A stretch of 64,000 bases of DNA from Chloroflexota bacterium (GTDB taxonomy: Bacteria > Chloroflexota > Anaerolineae > Anaerolineales > VGOW01), in assembly GCA_016197225.1 (NCBI GenBank), contig JACPWC010000009.1:357-64356 (forward strand), given 5' to 3'. The notes below the pieces were generated by a model that was not told where the DNA came from, made no database searches, and worked only from the letters and a program-made list of their open reading frames with translations. Within the stretch, counting starts at the first letter, position 1, and each line of letters opens with the position of its first letter. The translations under genes were made by a program, and so were the position numbers. Positions 1 through 12,400 of the stretch are shown piece after piece.

Positions 1-290
1 CAGTTGAGGGGGAAATATGGTGGCTATCCGAGTTTACCGATGTTTCTCCTCATGAACCTATCACTCCTTTGGATCTTGCTGTTCGCACCGCTTTCTGGAA
101 TCCACAGCATGACACTTTAGTCATGTTAACAAAGGACAATAGCCTGTGGGCAATTCATAACATGTCCACGCCAACCATTACACAACTTACAGCATCATTA
201 CCTGATATTCACACAGTGCGCTGGTCGCCAGACGGGCATCATGTTGCATTTGTGAATGGTTCTGACATTTACATTATTTCCCCGCCATGA
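1..290 (+). CDS. 3' end of a larger ORF entering from upstream; TolB/PD40-like beta-propeller repeat protein fragment
   Basis: Frame 3 is open from nt 3 to the stop at 288-290. The motif WSPDGHHVAFVNGSDIYII resembles PD40/TolB blades. The region is visibly AT-rich compared with the rest of the window. Confidence 0.4.
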   Translation, partial: VEGEIWWLSEFTDVSPHEPITPLDLAVRTAFWNPQHDTLVMLTKDNSLWAIHNMSTPTITQLTASLPDIHTVRWSPDGHHVAFVNGSDIYIISPP

Positions 291-336
291 CATTTGCAAG
301 TGAGAAGCAAATGTTTACCTATCACCACTGACCCTG

Positions 337-3690
<3,354 letters not shown>

Positions 3691-3707
3691 TCAATTCGCT
3701 CCAAACC

Positions 3708-3772
3708 GACGACAGACGATGGACGATAGACGAAAGCACTTTTCCGTCGTCTATCGTCTATCGTCTGTCGTC
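3708..3772. repeat. Heptamer-repeat hairpin (GACGACA GACGATG GACGATA GACGAAA / inverted CGTCGTC TATCGTC TATCGTC TGTCGTC), about 25-bp stem
   Basis: Near-perfect inverted repeat read directly. It fills the spacer between the upstream membrane-protein gene (its stop at 3771-3773 overlaps the right arm) and the gyrB start (3690). Possible terminator or 5'UTR structure. Confidence 0.7.
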
Positions 3773-4802
3773 ATCTTTTCAATTTCGCGTTTACTACCAG
3801 CCATTGCCGCATTTCCGTCCACCAGCGATAGCGATCTTTATAGAACACGAACGTGGCCGCCACCAGCCCGGTGGACACAAAGGCATGGCCGCCGATCCCG
3901 GCCAGCGTCAGCCACGAGTCGGGGGCGGGCAATGACCACACGTAACCCAGCCCCCAGTTGAGGACGGCGATGACGGCGAACAGGCCCATCACCGGCCAGA
4001 TGTTCCACTGCACCAGGCGGACGCTGTCCAGGATGGAACCGAACACGCCGCGATCTTTCAGCACCATGCCATGCATGCTGAAAGCCAGGTAAAGAAACAG
4101 CCATAACATCAACGCCCCCCAGACCGAAATGCCCAACCCGGCCAGAGCCGGGCTGATGATCTGCAGAATGCCAATGAACACCAACACCGGCAAACTGATG
4201 AAGACCATAGAGAATCCGACCACCACACAAAAGGCGGCCAGCCTGGCCCAGTTGATGAGGACTCGCCGGAGAGTCTGAATCAACGTCGGCCTATCGCCAT
4301 CCTGCAACAACGACCCGATGGTGCTGAAGTAAATTGCGCCCAGCAGAAGCCCGGTGATTGAGAAGGCCAGGGCCAGGGTGAGAAAGAACAACTCGTTATC
4401 CACCAGCCAGAGGACGGGTTGGCCGCCGGGGAGGAGGATGGGCAGTTGGCTCGTCATCAGGCTGGGCACGCCGAGCGGCGCAGTGCTGAGCAGGGTGAAG
4501 ATGTTCGTGCGCCGCCCCAACTCCTGAAGAATATCCACCCATATCTGGCGGCCCTGCAAACTGGCCGGGTCGGTGAACTCGATGCTTCTCAGAAAATCAA
4601 TGGATCTCTGGGCAATGGGGTTGACGGAGAGATGCGGCCCCAGCCAGAGAAACAGATCCAAAATGATCGGGAGCAGAAGCAGGCTCAAGTGGGAAGCGAC
4701 GGCCTCGAAGCCGGTGGTGAGCGATTCGATAATGCCGACCGGCGGTTTTGGCTCGTCGAGGACGGCGCGAGCTTGGGGTATCACGATTGGTGATTCTACC
4801 AT
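3771..4802 (-). CDS. Polytopic integral membrane protein, function unknown
   Basis: 343-aa ORF with several long hydrophobic segments. No recognisable catalytic motif. Confidence 0.6.
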   Translation of the reverse strand: MVESPIVIPQARAVLDEPKPPVGIIESLTTGFEAVASHLSLLLLPIILDLFLWLGPHLSVNPIAQRSIDFLRSIEFTDPASLQGRQIWVDILQELGRRTNIFTLLSTAPLGVPSLMTSQLPILLPGGQPVLWLVDNELFFLTLALAFSITGLLLGAIYFSTIGSLLQDGDRPTLIQTLRRVLINWARLAAFCVVVGFSMVFISLPVLVFIGILQIISPALAGLGISVWGALMLWLFLYLAFSMHGMVLKDRGVFGSILDSVRLVQWNIWPVMGLFAVIAVLNWGLGYVWSLPAPDSWLTLAGIGGHAFVSTGLVAATFVFYKDRYRWWTEMRQWLVVNAKLKR

Positions 4803-4894
4803 GATAAAAGTTGGCGGGTTTGGCGTAGGTTTAACGGCGATTGACCATCGCTTCCGCTTGCAGGTAAAATCACGCCGAAATTTGGAGGTACATC

Positions 4895-6175
4895 TTGGAA
4901 CAATTCATCATCGAAGGTGGCCGCCCGTTGAATGGCGTGGTGCGGCCCTCCGGCAACAAGAACTCGGCCCTGCCTCTGCTGGCCGCCTGCCTGCTCACCG
5001 ATCAGCCCGTCACCCTGCACAACGTGCCGGACATCCGCGACGTGCAGACCATGCGCCAACTTATCGCCGATCTGGGCGCAAGCGTTGAAGAACTCGCGCC
5101 GCATACCTGGAAGATCGAAGCCGCGGACGTTCGCAAAGCCGAACTCGACCCGGCCCTGTGCAAAGCCATTCGCGCCTCAATTTTGCTGGCCGGCCCCATG
5201 CTGGGCCGCCTGGGCCACATCGAACTGCCCCCGCCCGGCGGCGACGTGATCGGGCGGCGGCGGGTGGACAGCCACCTGCTGGCGCTGGAGGCGATGGGGG
5301 CTGAAATTACCCACAATGGCCGTTTCTCTCTTCACGTTGATCAGTTGCGTGGCGCAAACATCCTGCTCGACGAGTGCAGTGTGACCGCCACCGAGAACGC
5401 AGTGATGGCCGCCACGCGGGCGAAGGGCGTGACTCAACTCCGAAACGCCGCCTCCGAGCCGCACGTGCAGGAGCTATGTCATTTCCTGAATTCGCTGGGC
5501 GCTTGCATTTCCGGCATTGGCTCGAACACGCTGACGATTGAGGGCGTAGAGAGCCTGCGCGGCGGCGAGTTCACCATCGGCCCCGACTATCTCGAAGTAG
5601 TGAGCTTCATCGGCGCGGCGGCGGTGACGGGCGGCGCGGTGCGGATCGAAAACGCCGGGCCGCAATATCTTGACATGATCTCGCTCGTGTTCCGGCGGTT
5701 GGGCGTGCGCTGGCAGACCGAGGGCGACGACATCATCGTCAACGACGATCAATCCCTCACCATCGTCCCCGACCTGGGCGGCGCCATCCCGGAGATCAAA
5801 ACCAACGTCTGGCCGGCCTGGCCCACCGACTTGAACAGCATCGCCATCACCGTCGCCACCCAGGCCGCCGGGTCGGTGCTCTTTCACGACTGGATGTATC
5901 CGAGCCGGATGTACTTCATTGACAAGCTGGTGGGCATGGGGGCGCGCATCATCCTGTGCGACCCGCATCGTTGTCTGGTGCAGGGGCCGGATCGCCTGCA
6001 GGCCGAGAAGCTCGAAAGCCCCGACATCCGCGCCGGGGTGAGCCTGCTCATTGCCGCCCTGTGCGCCGACGGCACGTCCGTTATTCGCAACATCGGCCAG
6101 ATCGAGCGCGGTTACGAACGCATTGACGAGAAGCTGAGGGCGCTGGGGGCGAACATCCAGCGTGAGGCGGTCTGA
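4895..6175 (+). CDS. murA: UDP-N-acetylglucosamine 1-carboxyvinyltransferase
   Basis: N-terminus ...IEGGRPLNGVVRPSGNKNSALPLLAACLL... and overall EPSP-synthase-fold length (426 aa). The active-site loop reads PPGGDVIGRRRVDSH. Confidence 0.93.
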   Translation: MEQFIIEGGRPLNGVVRPSGNKNSALPLLAACLLTDQPVTLHNVPDIRDVQTMRQLIADLGASVEELAPHTWKIEAADVRKAELDPALCKAIRASILLAGPMLGRLGHIELPPPGGDVIGRRRVDSHLLALEAMGAEITHNGRFSLHVDQLRGANILLDECSVTATENAVMAATRAKGVTQLRNAASEPHVQELCHFLNSLGACISGIGSNTLTIEGVESLRGGEFTIGPDYLEVVSFIGAAAVTGGAVRIENAGPQYLDMISLVFRRLGVRWQTEGDDIIVNDDQSLTIVPDLGGAIPEIKTNVWPAWPTDLNSIAITVATQAAGSVLFHDWMYPSRMYFIDKLVGMGARIILCDPHRCLVQGPDRLQAEKLESPDIRAGVSLLIAALCADGTSVIRNIGQIERGYERIDEKLRALGANIQREAV

Positions 6176-6178
6176 TCT

Positions 6179-6826
6179 ATGGATTTTGTGCGAAGCAACA
6201 TTTGGGCGTTTCAAATTATCTCAGGCGTCTTGTGGACGCTGGCTTACATTCTTATCATCAAACGCGGGTTTCAGGATCGAACCTTTGGCATGCCCCTGCC
6301 GGCCCTGGCCGCCAACATCTCCTGGGAGTTTCTCTTTTCTTTTATCCGTCCGCACCCCACGCCGCAACTCTACGTCAACATCGTCTGGTTTTTGTTTGAT
6401 GTCGTCATCCTGTTCCAGGCTTTTCGTTTCGGCAAGGCAGTTTTCGAGGGGGGATTGCCGAAGCGCCTGTTTTACCCCGCTCTGGCTCTCACGCTCGTGA
6501 TCGGCTTTGGCCTGGTTGCCGCTATTTCTAGCGAATTTAATGATTGGGAGGGCAAGTATGCGGCCTTCGGGCAAAACCTGATGATGTCAGTGTTGTTCGT
6601 GTCAATGCTTTTCCAGCGCAACAACGTCGGCGGACAATCGTTGTACATCGCCGTTTTCAAAATGGCCGGAACCCTCGTGCCGTCCGTTCTCTTTTTTGCG
6701 TTTGTGCCGTCTTCCCCTCTCTTGAACTTTCTCTACGTTAGCATCTTCATTTTCGATCTCATCTACGTCCTCGCCTTGTACCAAAAACTCGCCGGGTCGG
6801 GCATCAATCCCTGGGCCAGATTTTAG
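6179..6826 (+). CDS. Small polytopic membrane protein (about 6-7 TM), function unknown
   Basis: 215-aa hydrophobic ORF starting 4 nt after the murA stop. No motif recognised. Confidence 0.55.
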   Translation: MDFVRSNIWAFQIISGVLWTLAYILIIKRGFQDRTFGMPLPALAANISWEFLFSFIRPHPTPQLYVNIVWFLFDVVILFQAFRFGKAVFEGGLPKRLFYPALALTLVIGFGLVAAISSEFNDWEGKYAAFGQNLMMSVLFVSMLFQRNNVGGQSLYIAVFKMAGTLVPSVLFFAFVPSSPLLNFLYVSIFIFDLIYVLALYQKLAGSGINPWARF

Positions 6827-6829
6827 CGG

Positions 6830-7396
6830 CTACACCATCAAACTCTTTCGGTAAGCTTCAGGGGTGAAGGCTAAAGACAGTTCCCACGCGGAGCCGGGTG
6901 AGGGGCGAGTCGCCTTCCACGCGCCCGCCGGTGGCAGTGGGTTGTGGCGGTCAAACAGTTTCCGGTAATGCTCCAGCACGATCTCATCCAAACCTAAATC
7001 TTTCAGCAGAACCGCAATCGGGCCGCCGTGCGTGACAAAGGCGGCCGGCCCCGTTCCAGGACTGGCCGAGGCAACCCGTTCCCACGTCGGCCACAATCTT
7101 TCACGCACGTCAATTTCTTTCTCTTCGGGCCGCCACTCGGCCAGTGAAGCGTCTTCGTGAAATGAGGCCTCGGCCTCACCTGCGGCGATTTGGGCCGTGC
7201 GCTGGCAACGCTCGAGCGGGCTGGCGAGAATGCGCCGCACACCTGCATCGCGCAGAAACGCGCCCAACTGCGTCGCCTCATCTTCGCCCTGTGGCGTGAG
7301 CGGCGGGCCGGGCGGCAGATGATAGACGAGGTCAGTCCGGCTCCAGTCGGGCGTGGCGTGGCGGATGAGGTAGAGGGTGGAAGATGAGAGAGTCAA
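6830..7396 (-). CDS. Histidine phosphatase (phosphoglycerate mutase-like) family protein
   Basis: RH-G/A motif LYLIRHATPDW, a second motif VTHGGPI, and SPLERCQRTA. The ORF-track start (7456) runs through a palindromic repeat, so I prefer the TTG at 7396. The start is uncertain. Confidence 0.75.
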   Translation of the reverse strand: MTLSSSTLYLIRHATPDWSRTDLVYHLPPGPPLTPQGEDEATQLGAFLRDAGVRRILASPLERCQRTAQIAAGEAEASFHEDASLAEWRPEEKEIDVRERLWPTWERVASASPGTGPAAFVTHGGPIAVLLKDLGLDEIVLEHYRKLFDRHNPLPPAGAWKATRPSPGSAWELSLAFTPEAYRKSLMV

Positions 7397-7413
7397 AAAC
7401 GCGGTCCGGTAAA

Positions 7414-7440
7414 GTTGGGCGATTTGGCAAATCGCCCTAC
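7414..7440. repeat. Palindromic REP-like element GTTGGGCGATTTGGCAAATCGCCCTAC (copy 1 of 2)
   Basis: Almost identical palindrome recurs at 27140-27166. Confidence 0.6.
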
Positions 7441-7507
7441 AAAAGTCAGGCGGCACTTTAGCAGAGTTTGGAGAGGGGTCAAGGTGGATGAATGGCTAGC
7501 AAGATGT

Positions 7508-7942
7508 GTTCAAGTGAGCCTGTAAGCCGCTTTCTGTGCCTCTTGCGAGGCGGCGATCATCTCTCTGGGCCGGACATTACTGCCCGGCTCGTGCGGTCTA
7601 CCCGAGGCTCAAACGCTGCGAGCAACAGCTCGCCTCTGCTCGATCTTGCTCCCGGCGGGGGTTGCCTGGCCGCTCGCGTTGCCGCGAGCGCCGGTGGTCT
7701 CTTACACCACCGTTTCACCCTCACCTGGATTGCTGATTTTTGATTGTTGATTTCTGATTGCCGCTTTAGGCGAACAATCATCATTCAGAAATCATCAATC
7801 AGCAATCCAGGCACTACGCTTCTCTGTGGCCCTCTTCCAGCAGGTTGCCCCGCTCCGGGCGTTACCCGGCGCCGTGCTCTGTGGAGAGCGGACTTTCCTC
7901 GACGCGCCCGAAGACGCGCCGCGATCACCCGGCTCACTTGAA
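7508..7942 (-). ncRNA. rnpB: RNase P RNA, bacterial type A, with a greatly extended P12
   Basis: The reverse complement contains GAGGAAAGUCCGC (7889-7900 on +), GGUAACGCC, ACAGAGAA, GGGUGAAACGGUG, GUAAGAGACCACC and ACAGAAAGCGGCUUACAG. The P1 pairing CAAGUGAGCC/GGCUCACUUG defines the ends to within a few nt. Confidence 0.9.
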
Positions 7943-7996
7943 CGTCCCTATCATAACACGCGACTCTGCTACAATTGCCGCAAAGGAGATGAAGAG

Positions 7997-9421
7997 ATGA
8001 CACGCCAACTTCGCTCGCGCCTCAACATCGCCATAGCCGCCCTGGCTCTGGGGGTGATGGCCTGCACTTGCTCGAACATTACCAACCTCATCGCCACCCC
8101 CACTCCCGGCGAGCCGCCCACCCCCACCTCCGCCCCGACCGCCCCCGTCGAGACGGCCATCCCCATTCCCACCAAGCCGGTCACCGGCGGCGGCGGCATC
8201 GTCGCCGGAGACTTGCAAGTGGTCAACACCAACGTCGTCCAACGCAGTGACGGCGGCTGGCGGCTCCTGGGCGAAGTCTTCAACAACACCGAGGCCACCG
8301 CCGCCAACGTCAGCCTGGCCGTCGAATGGCTTGACGCCTCGGGCGCTTCGCTCGGCACAGACGTGACCTACATCCTCACCACCAACATTGCGCCCGGCGA
8401 AACCGCGCCCTTCGTTTACAACATTTATGATGCCGGCGTGCCGCTGGCCTCCTTCACTGCCGATGTCACCGACTTTACCCCCTCTCAGGAAATCGTCCGC
8501 GCGGCACTCGATCTCGAAAACCCGGCATTCACGATAGACGAGTCCGGCGACTTTCACTGCACCGGCGAACTGGTGAACAACACCAACAGCCCGGCCCTGA
8601 TTGACGGTTTGGCCGCCTCGATTTTGGACAGCAACCGTGCCTTGTTCTCGGCCGACATTTTTGGGGCCGTCACCCGTTATTTGGCTCCCGGTGAACGAAC
8701 GCCCTATCGCGTCTCGCCGCTCGGCGTGGAAGGCGCTTCGGTCGCCGACTACTTCTGCTATGTTTACACTGACGCCGTCGTAACCGAGCCTCTGCCCAAA
8801 ACCGCCGCCGTTTTCAAAGACACCAACGAAGACGGCGATAACAGCAACGACGTGTTGTACTTCGTCGATTCGCTGGGCTACAGCCACCTGGTGGGCGAAG
8901 TGGTCAACAACGGAGAAGAAACCTTAAACGTCGGACTCACCGGCGGGTTGTACGACGAGGCCGGCAACGTCATAGACGCAGCCTTCAACTCGATCCCGGT
9001 GCCGCTCGCCCCTGGCGAGGCCCTGCCCTTCGATTTCACCTACTTTTCGGCCACCAACTACAATGCCACCCTCCAGGAAAACATCGCCAGCTTCACCGTG
9101 CAAGTTGATCTTTACTGGACTTACGCTTCGACGGCGGATTACGCGCCGCTTGAAACCCGCAACGGCTCGGCCACCGAAGACGGTAGCGTCATCACCGAAA
9201 CAGTGGACGTGATGAACACTCAGAACTTCAACGTGGACTACGCTTACGTCGTCGCCAGCGTCACCGACGCCACCGGTCAGGTGGTGGGCTACAGTTACGC
9301 CACCACCGACCCCATCGCCGCCGGGGCCACCGTCAAAACCCAGATCACCATTTACATTGATCCCTCCCTCGATCCGTCCACCCTGCAAGTCAACTTGATC
9401 GCCAAAGCGCCCAAACCCTAG
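7997..9421 (+). CDS. Secreted/lipoprotein with four FxLYD-like beta-sandwich repeats
   Basis: Start chosen at MTRQLRSRLNIAIAALALGVMAC (signal plus Cys) after GGAG. Four repeats carry G-E-V/L-x-NN ... (W/I/L)(L/Y)D ... PGE-x-PF. The ORF-track start 7826 overlaps rnpB and is rejected. Confidence 0.55.
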   Translation: MTRQLRSRLNIAIAALALGVMACTCSNITNLIATPTPGEPPTPTSAPTAPVETAIPIPTKPVTGGGGIVAGDLQVVNTNVVQRSDGGWRLLGEVFNNTEATAANVSLAVEWLDASGASLGTDVTYILTTNIAPGETAPFVYNIYDAGVPLASFTADVTDFTPSQEIVRAALDLENPAFTIDESGDFHCTGELVNNTNSPALIDGLAASILDSNRALFSADIFGAVTRYLAPGERTPYRVSPLGVEGASVADYFCYVYTDAVVTEPLPKTAAVFKDTNEDGDNSNDVLYFVDSLGYSHLVGEVVNNGEETLNVGLTGGLYDEAGNVIDAAFNSIPVPLAPGEALPFDFTYFSATNYNATLQENIASFTVQVDLYWTYASTADYAPLETRNGSATEDGSVITETVDVMNTQNFNVDYAYVVASVTDATGQVVGYSYATTDPIAAGATVKTQITIYIDPSLDPSTLQVNLIAKAPKP

Positions 9422-9472
9422 AACCGACCTCCGATCGGAGGGGTTTATGCTAAGCCGCTCCGGTCTTCTCTT

Positions 9473-12400
9473 ATGCGCCGCTTCCTTCCAATTTTAGTTG
9501 TCTCGCTGTTCGCGCTCTTCACCGCCCAGCCGCTCTTCGTCCGCCAGCTCACCTGTTCCGACGACAACCCATTTGCGCTCGCCAGAGCCGTGAACCTGGA
9601 ACAGCTCATCCGCGACGGGCACATTTTTAGCCGCTGGTCGCCGCACATGGCGCACGGTTACGGCTTCCCGTTCTACAACTACTACGGCGCGCTTAGTTCC
9701 TTTGCCCTAGTTGCCATACACAGTCTCGGCTTCATCTATCCAACGGCGCTACACATCCTCTTTGGCTTGTGCATCTGGGGGGCCGGTTTAGGCGCCTACG
9801 CTTTTGCCCGCGAGTGGTGGGGCGAGGCGGGCGGCGTGGTTGCCGCCGTGCTTTACCTCACCGCGCCCTACTTAGCCTTCGACATCCTCTTTCGCGGCGC
9901 GCTGGCCGAAACCCTGGCCCTCGTCTGGCTTCCCCTCATCCTCTTCACCCTCCATCGCGCCCTCAACTCACCGACGCATGCTTCACATTCGTCGTTTGGG
10001 GTTTGGAATTGGGGGTTTGGGACTTGGGGTTTTTTAGCCAGCCTGTCCTTCGCCGCATTGATGTTCACCCACAACACCTCCTCGCTCGCCGCCCTCCCGC
10101 TCGTCACCGGTTACGTGGCCCTGATGGCGTTCCTTCATCGCGACTGGCGCAAACTTTTTCAGGGCGGCCTCATCGTCGTCATCGGCCTCGCTCTCTCAGC
10201 CCGCTTCTGGCTTCCGGCCCTGGCCGAAATCAACCTGGTGCAAACGGATCGCCTTCTCGTCCCGCCCATTTTCACCTACTACACCAACTACCTCAGCCTG
10301 CGCGAACTCTTTGCCCCGCCTGCAGCCATCGATCCTCTACTCATCAATCCCTCACCGGCCAAAGCCCTCGGCCTCGTGGCAATTGTGTTGGCCCTCGTTG
10401 GCCTCGTCGCCGTCGTCTGGCAAGCAGCGCGCAATCGCCAACAAAGGACAGCCTTGTCGTTTGTCGTTTGGACTTTGCTCTGTCTCGCTGTTTATATCTT
10501 CCTCACCCTGCCCCTCTCACAACCAATTTGGGATCATGTTCCCCTCGTTCCCTTCATTCAGTTTCCCTGGCGCTTTCTTGGCCCGGCGGCGTTGTGCGCC
10601 GCCCTGCTCGCCGGCGGCGGCGGCCGCTGGCTCACCAGGCATCAATGGACTGCCGCCGCCGCCATCGCCCTCATCGCGGCGCTCGGCCACCTCTCGTGGT
10701 GGTATCCGCGCTATTGTGAGCCGTTCAAAGAGATCAGTCTGGGAAGCACGTTGCAGTACGAATACGACACGTTCACCATTGGCACGACCGCCAAAGGCGA
10801 ATATCTTCCTCGAACTGTCACACTCTTGCCCGACGACGACTCAATCGCCGAAGCCCTCATGCGCGGTGAACAGCCGCAATACCTCACCGGGCTACCCGCC
10901 GCCTCGACCCTCACCCTCCTCGATCCCGACCCGCTCAACTACGAAGCAACGGTCACTGTCGCCAGGTTGACTCAAGTGACGTTCAACCAGTTCTACTTCC
11001 CCGGCTGGCGAGCCACGCTCGACGGCCAGCAGACTGACATCATCCTCACGCCCGGCACCGGCCTGATCACTGTGCTTATTCCGGCTGGCACGCACACCTT
11101 GCGCTTTCATTTCGGCACTACGCCGGTTCGCGCGGCGGGTGACACGATTTCCATCATCGCCATCGTGGCTGTTATCGCATATTTCGTATTGCGTATTCCA
11201 TTGAAGCAACTTCCTCAACGCTCTCCTGCTCCTCCGCTCCTCAGCGCCCCTGCCGATTTCGGGGTTTGGATTTTGGGGCTTGGGATTTTGCTTTTGCTGA
11301 TCATCCGCCCGCTCGTCATTGACCGAACTTCAAACCCGCTCCGCCGTTCGGTCTTCGACGGCCAAACACTCAGCCTCGGCCAGCCCTTGAACCTCAACCT
11401 GGCGGGCGGCCTCAACGTCCTTTCGACCGAATTTCCTTCTTCGGTTGCCTCGGGTTCGCAGTTCGACGCAATGCTTTATCTCACCACTCGCGTTCCAACG
11501 CCGCCCGACTTTCGCCCGCGTTTCGATCTCATCTCTGGCGATGGCTCGCTGATCTGGAACAGCGGCAAGGATGCCTTGCCGCCGCGCTGGCACCGCGAGC
11601 CGCCAGACACGCAATACTGGCCGGTCGGGCAATACGCGCAGTGGGCGCGGCGCGAAACGGTTCTGCCCGGCACGCCGCCCGGCGAGTATCAACTCACGGC
11701 TACCATCTTTGATCGCCAGACTCTTGCGCCCGACAGCGTGATTGATACTGACGGCAACCCCGTCTCGCCGATCATTTCGCTGGGCGTCGTTCAGGTCACG
11801 CGCCCGCCGACGCCCAGCGAAGTGAGCGACCTCAACATTCAATATCTGGCGGATTACGATTTCGGCCCGATCACGTTGCTGGGTTATAACCAGGATCGAA
11901 GTGAGGCGCGACCGGGCGAGGCCGTCCTCATCACGCTTTTCCTGCGCGCCGACGAAACGATGCCTGACCTCAAGTTCAACCTGCTCGATCCATCTTATCC
12001 AACCTCACAATGGCAGGTCGGCGATGTATGGCGCTTTCAGACGCTGGCCCGCATTCCGGCCTCTGCCGAGTCCGGGTCGTTTCAATTTTCGTTGTCTCTG
12101 CTCGACACCGCCGAGTCGATCAGTTTACAGGCCATTCAACTGACTGCGCCCGAGCGCGCCTTTGTTGCGCCGGAAGTTGCTCAACCGGCCAAAATTCAGT
12201 TTGGGGATGTCATTGAGTTTGCTGGTTACACTCTGCGGGCTTCTTCGGAAGCGACGACGATTGATTTGCTGTGGCATGCCCTGGCCACGCCCGGTTTGGA
12301 TTTGATTGCTTTTGTGCATTTTGAAGATGCGGCGGGGCGCGTCCTGGCTCAGTCGGACGCGGTGCCCGTCAACTGGAGCCGCCCCACGACCGGCTGGCTC

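Noticed and set aside
7826-7996. N-terminal extension of ORF 7826..9421, plus ORFs 7492..7743, 7557..7784 and 7744..7941
   Set aside because: They overlap the RNase P RNA gene. The lipoprotein has a proper SD and signal peptide at 7997.
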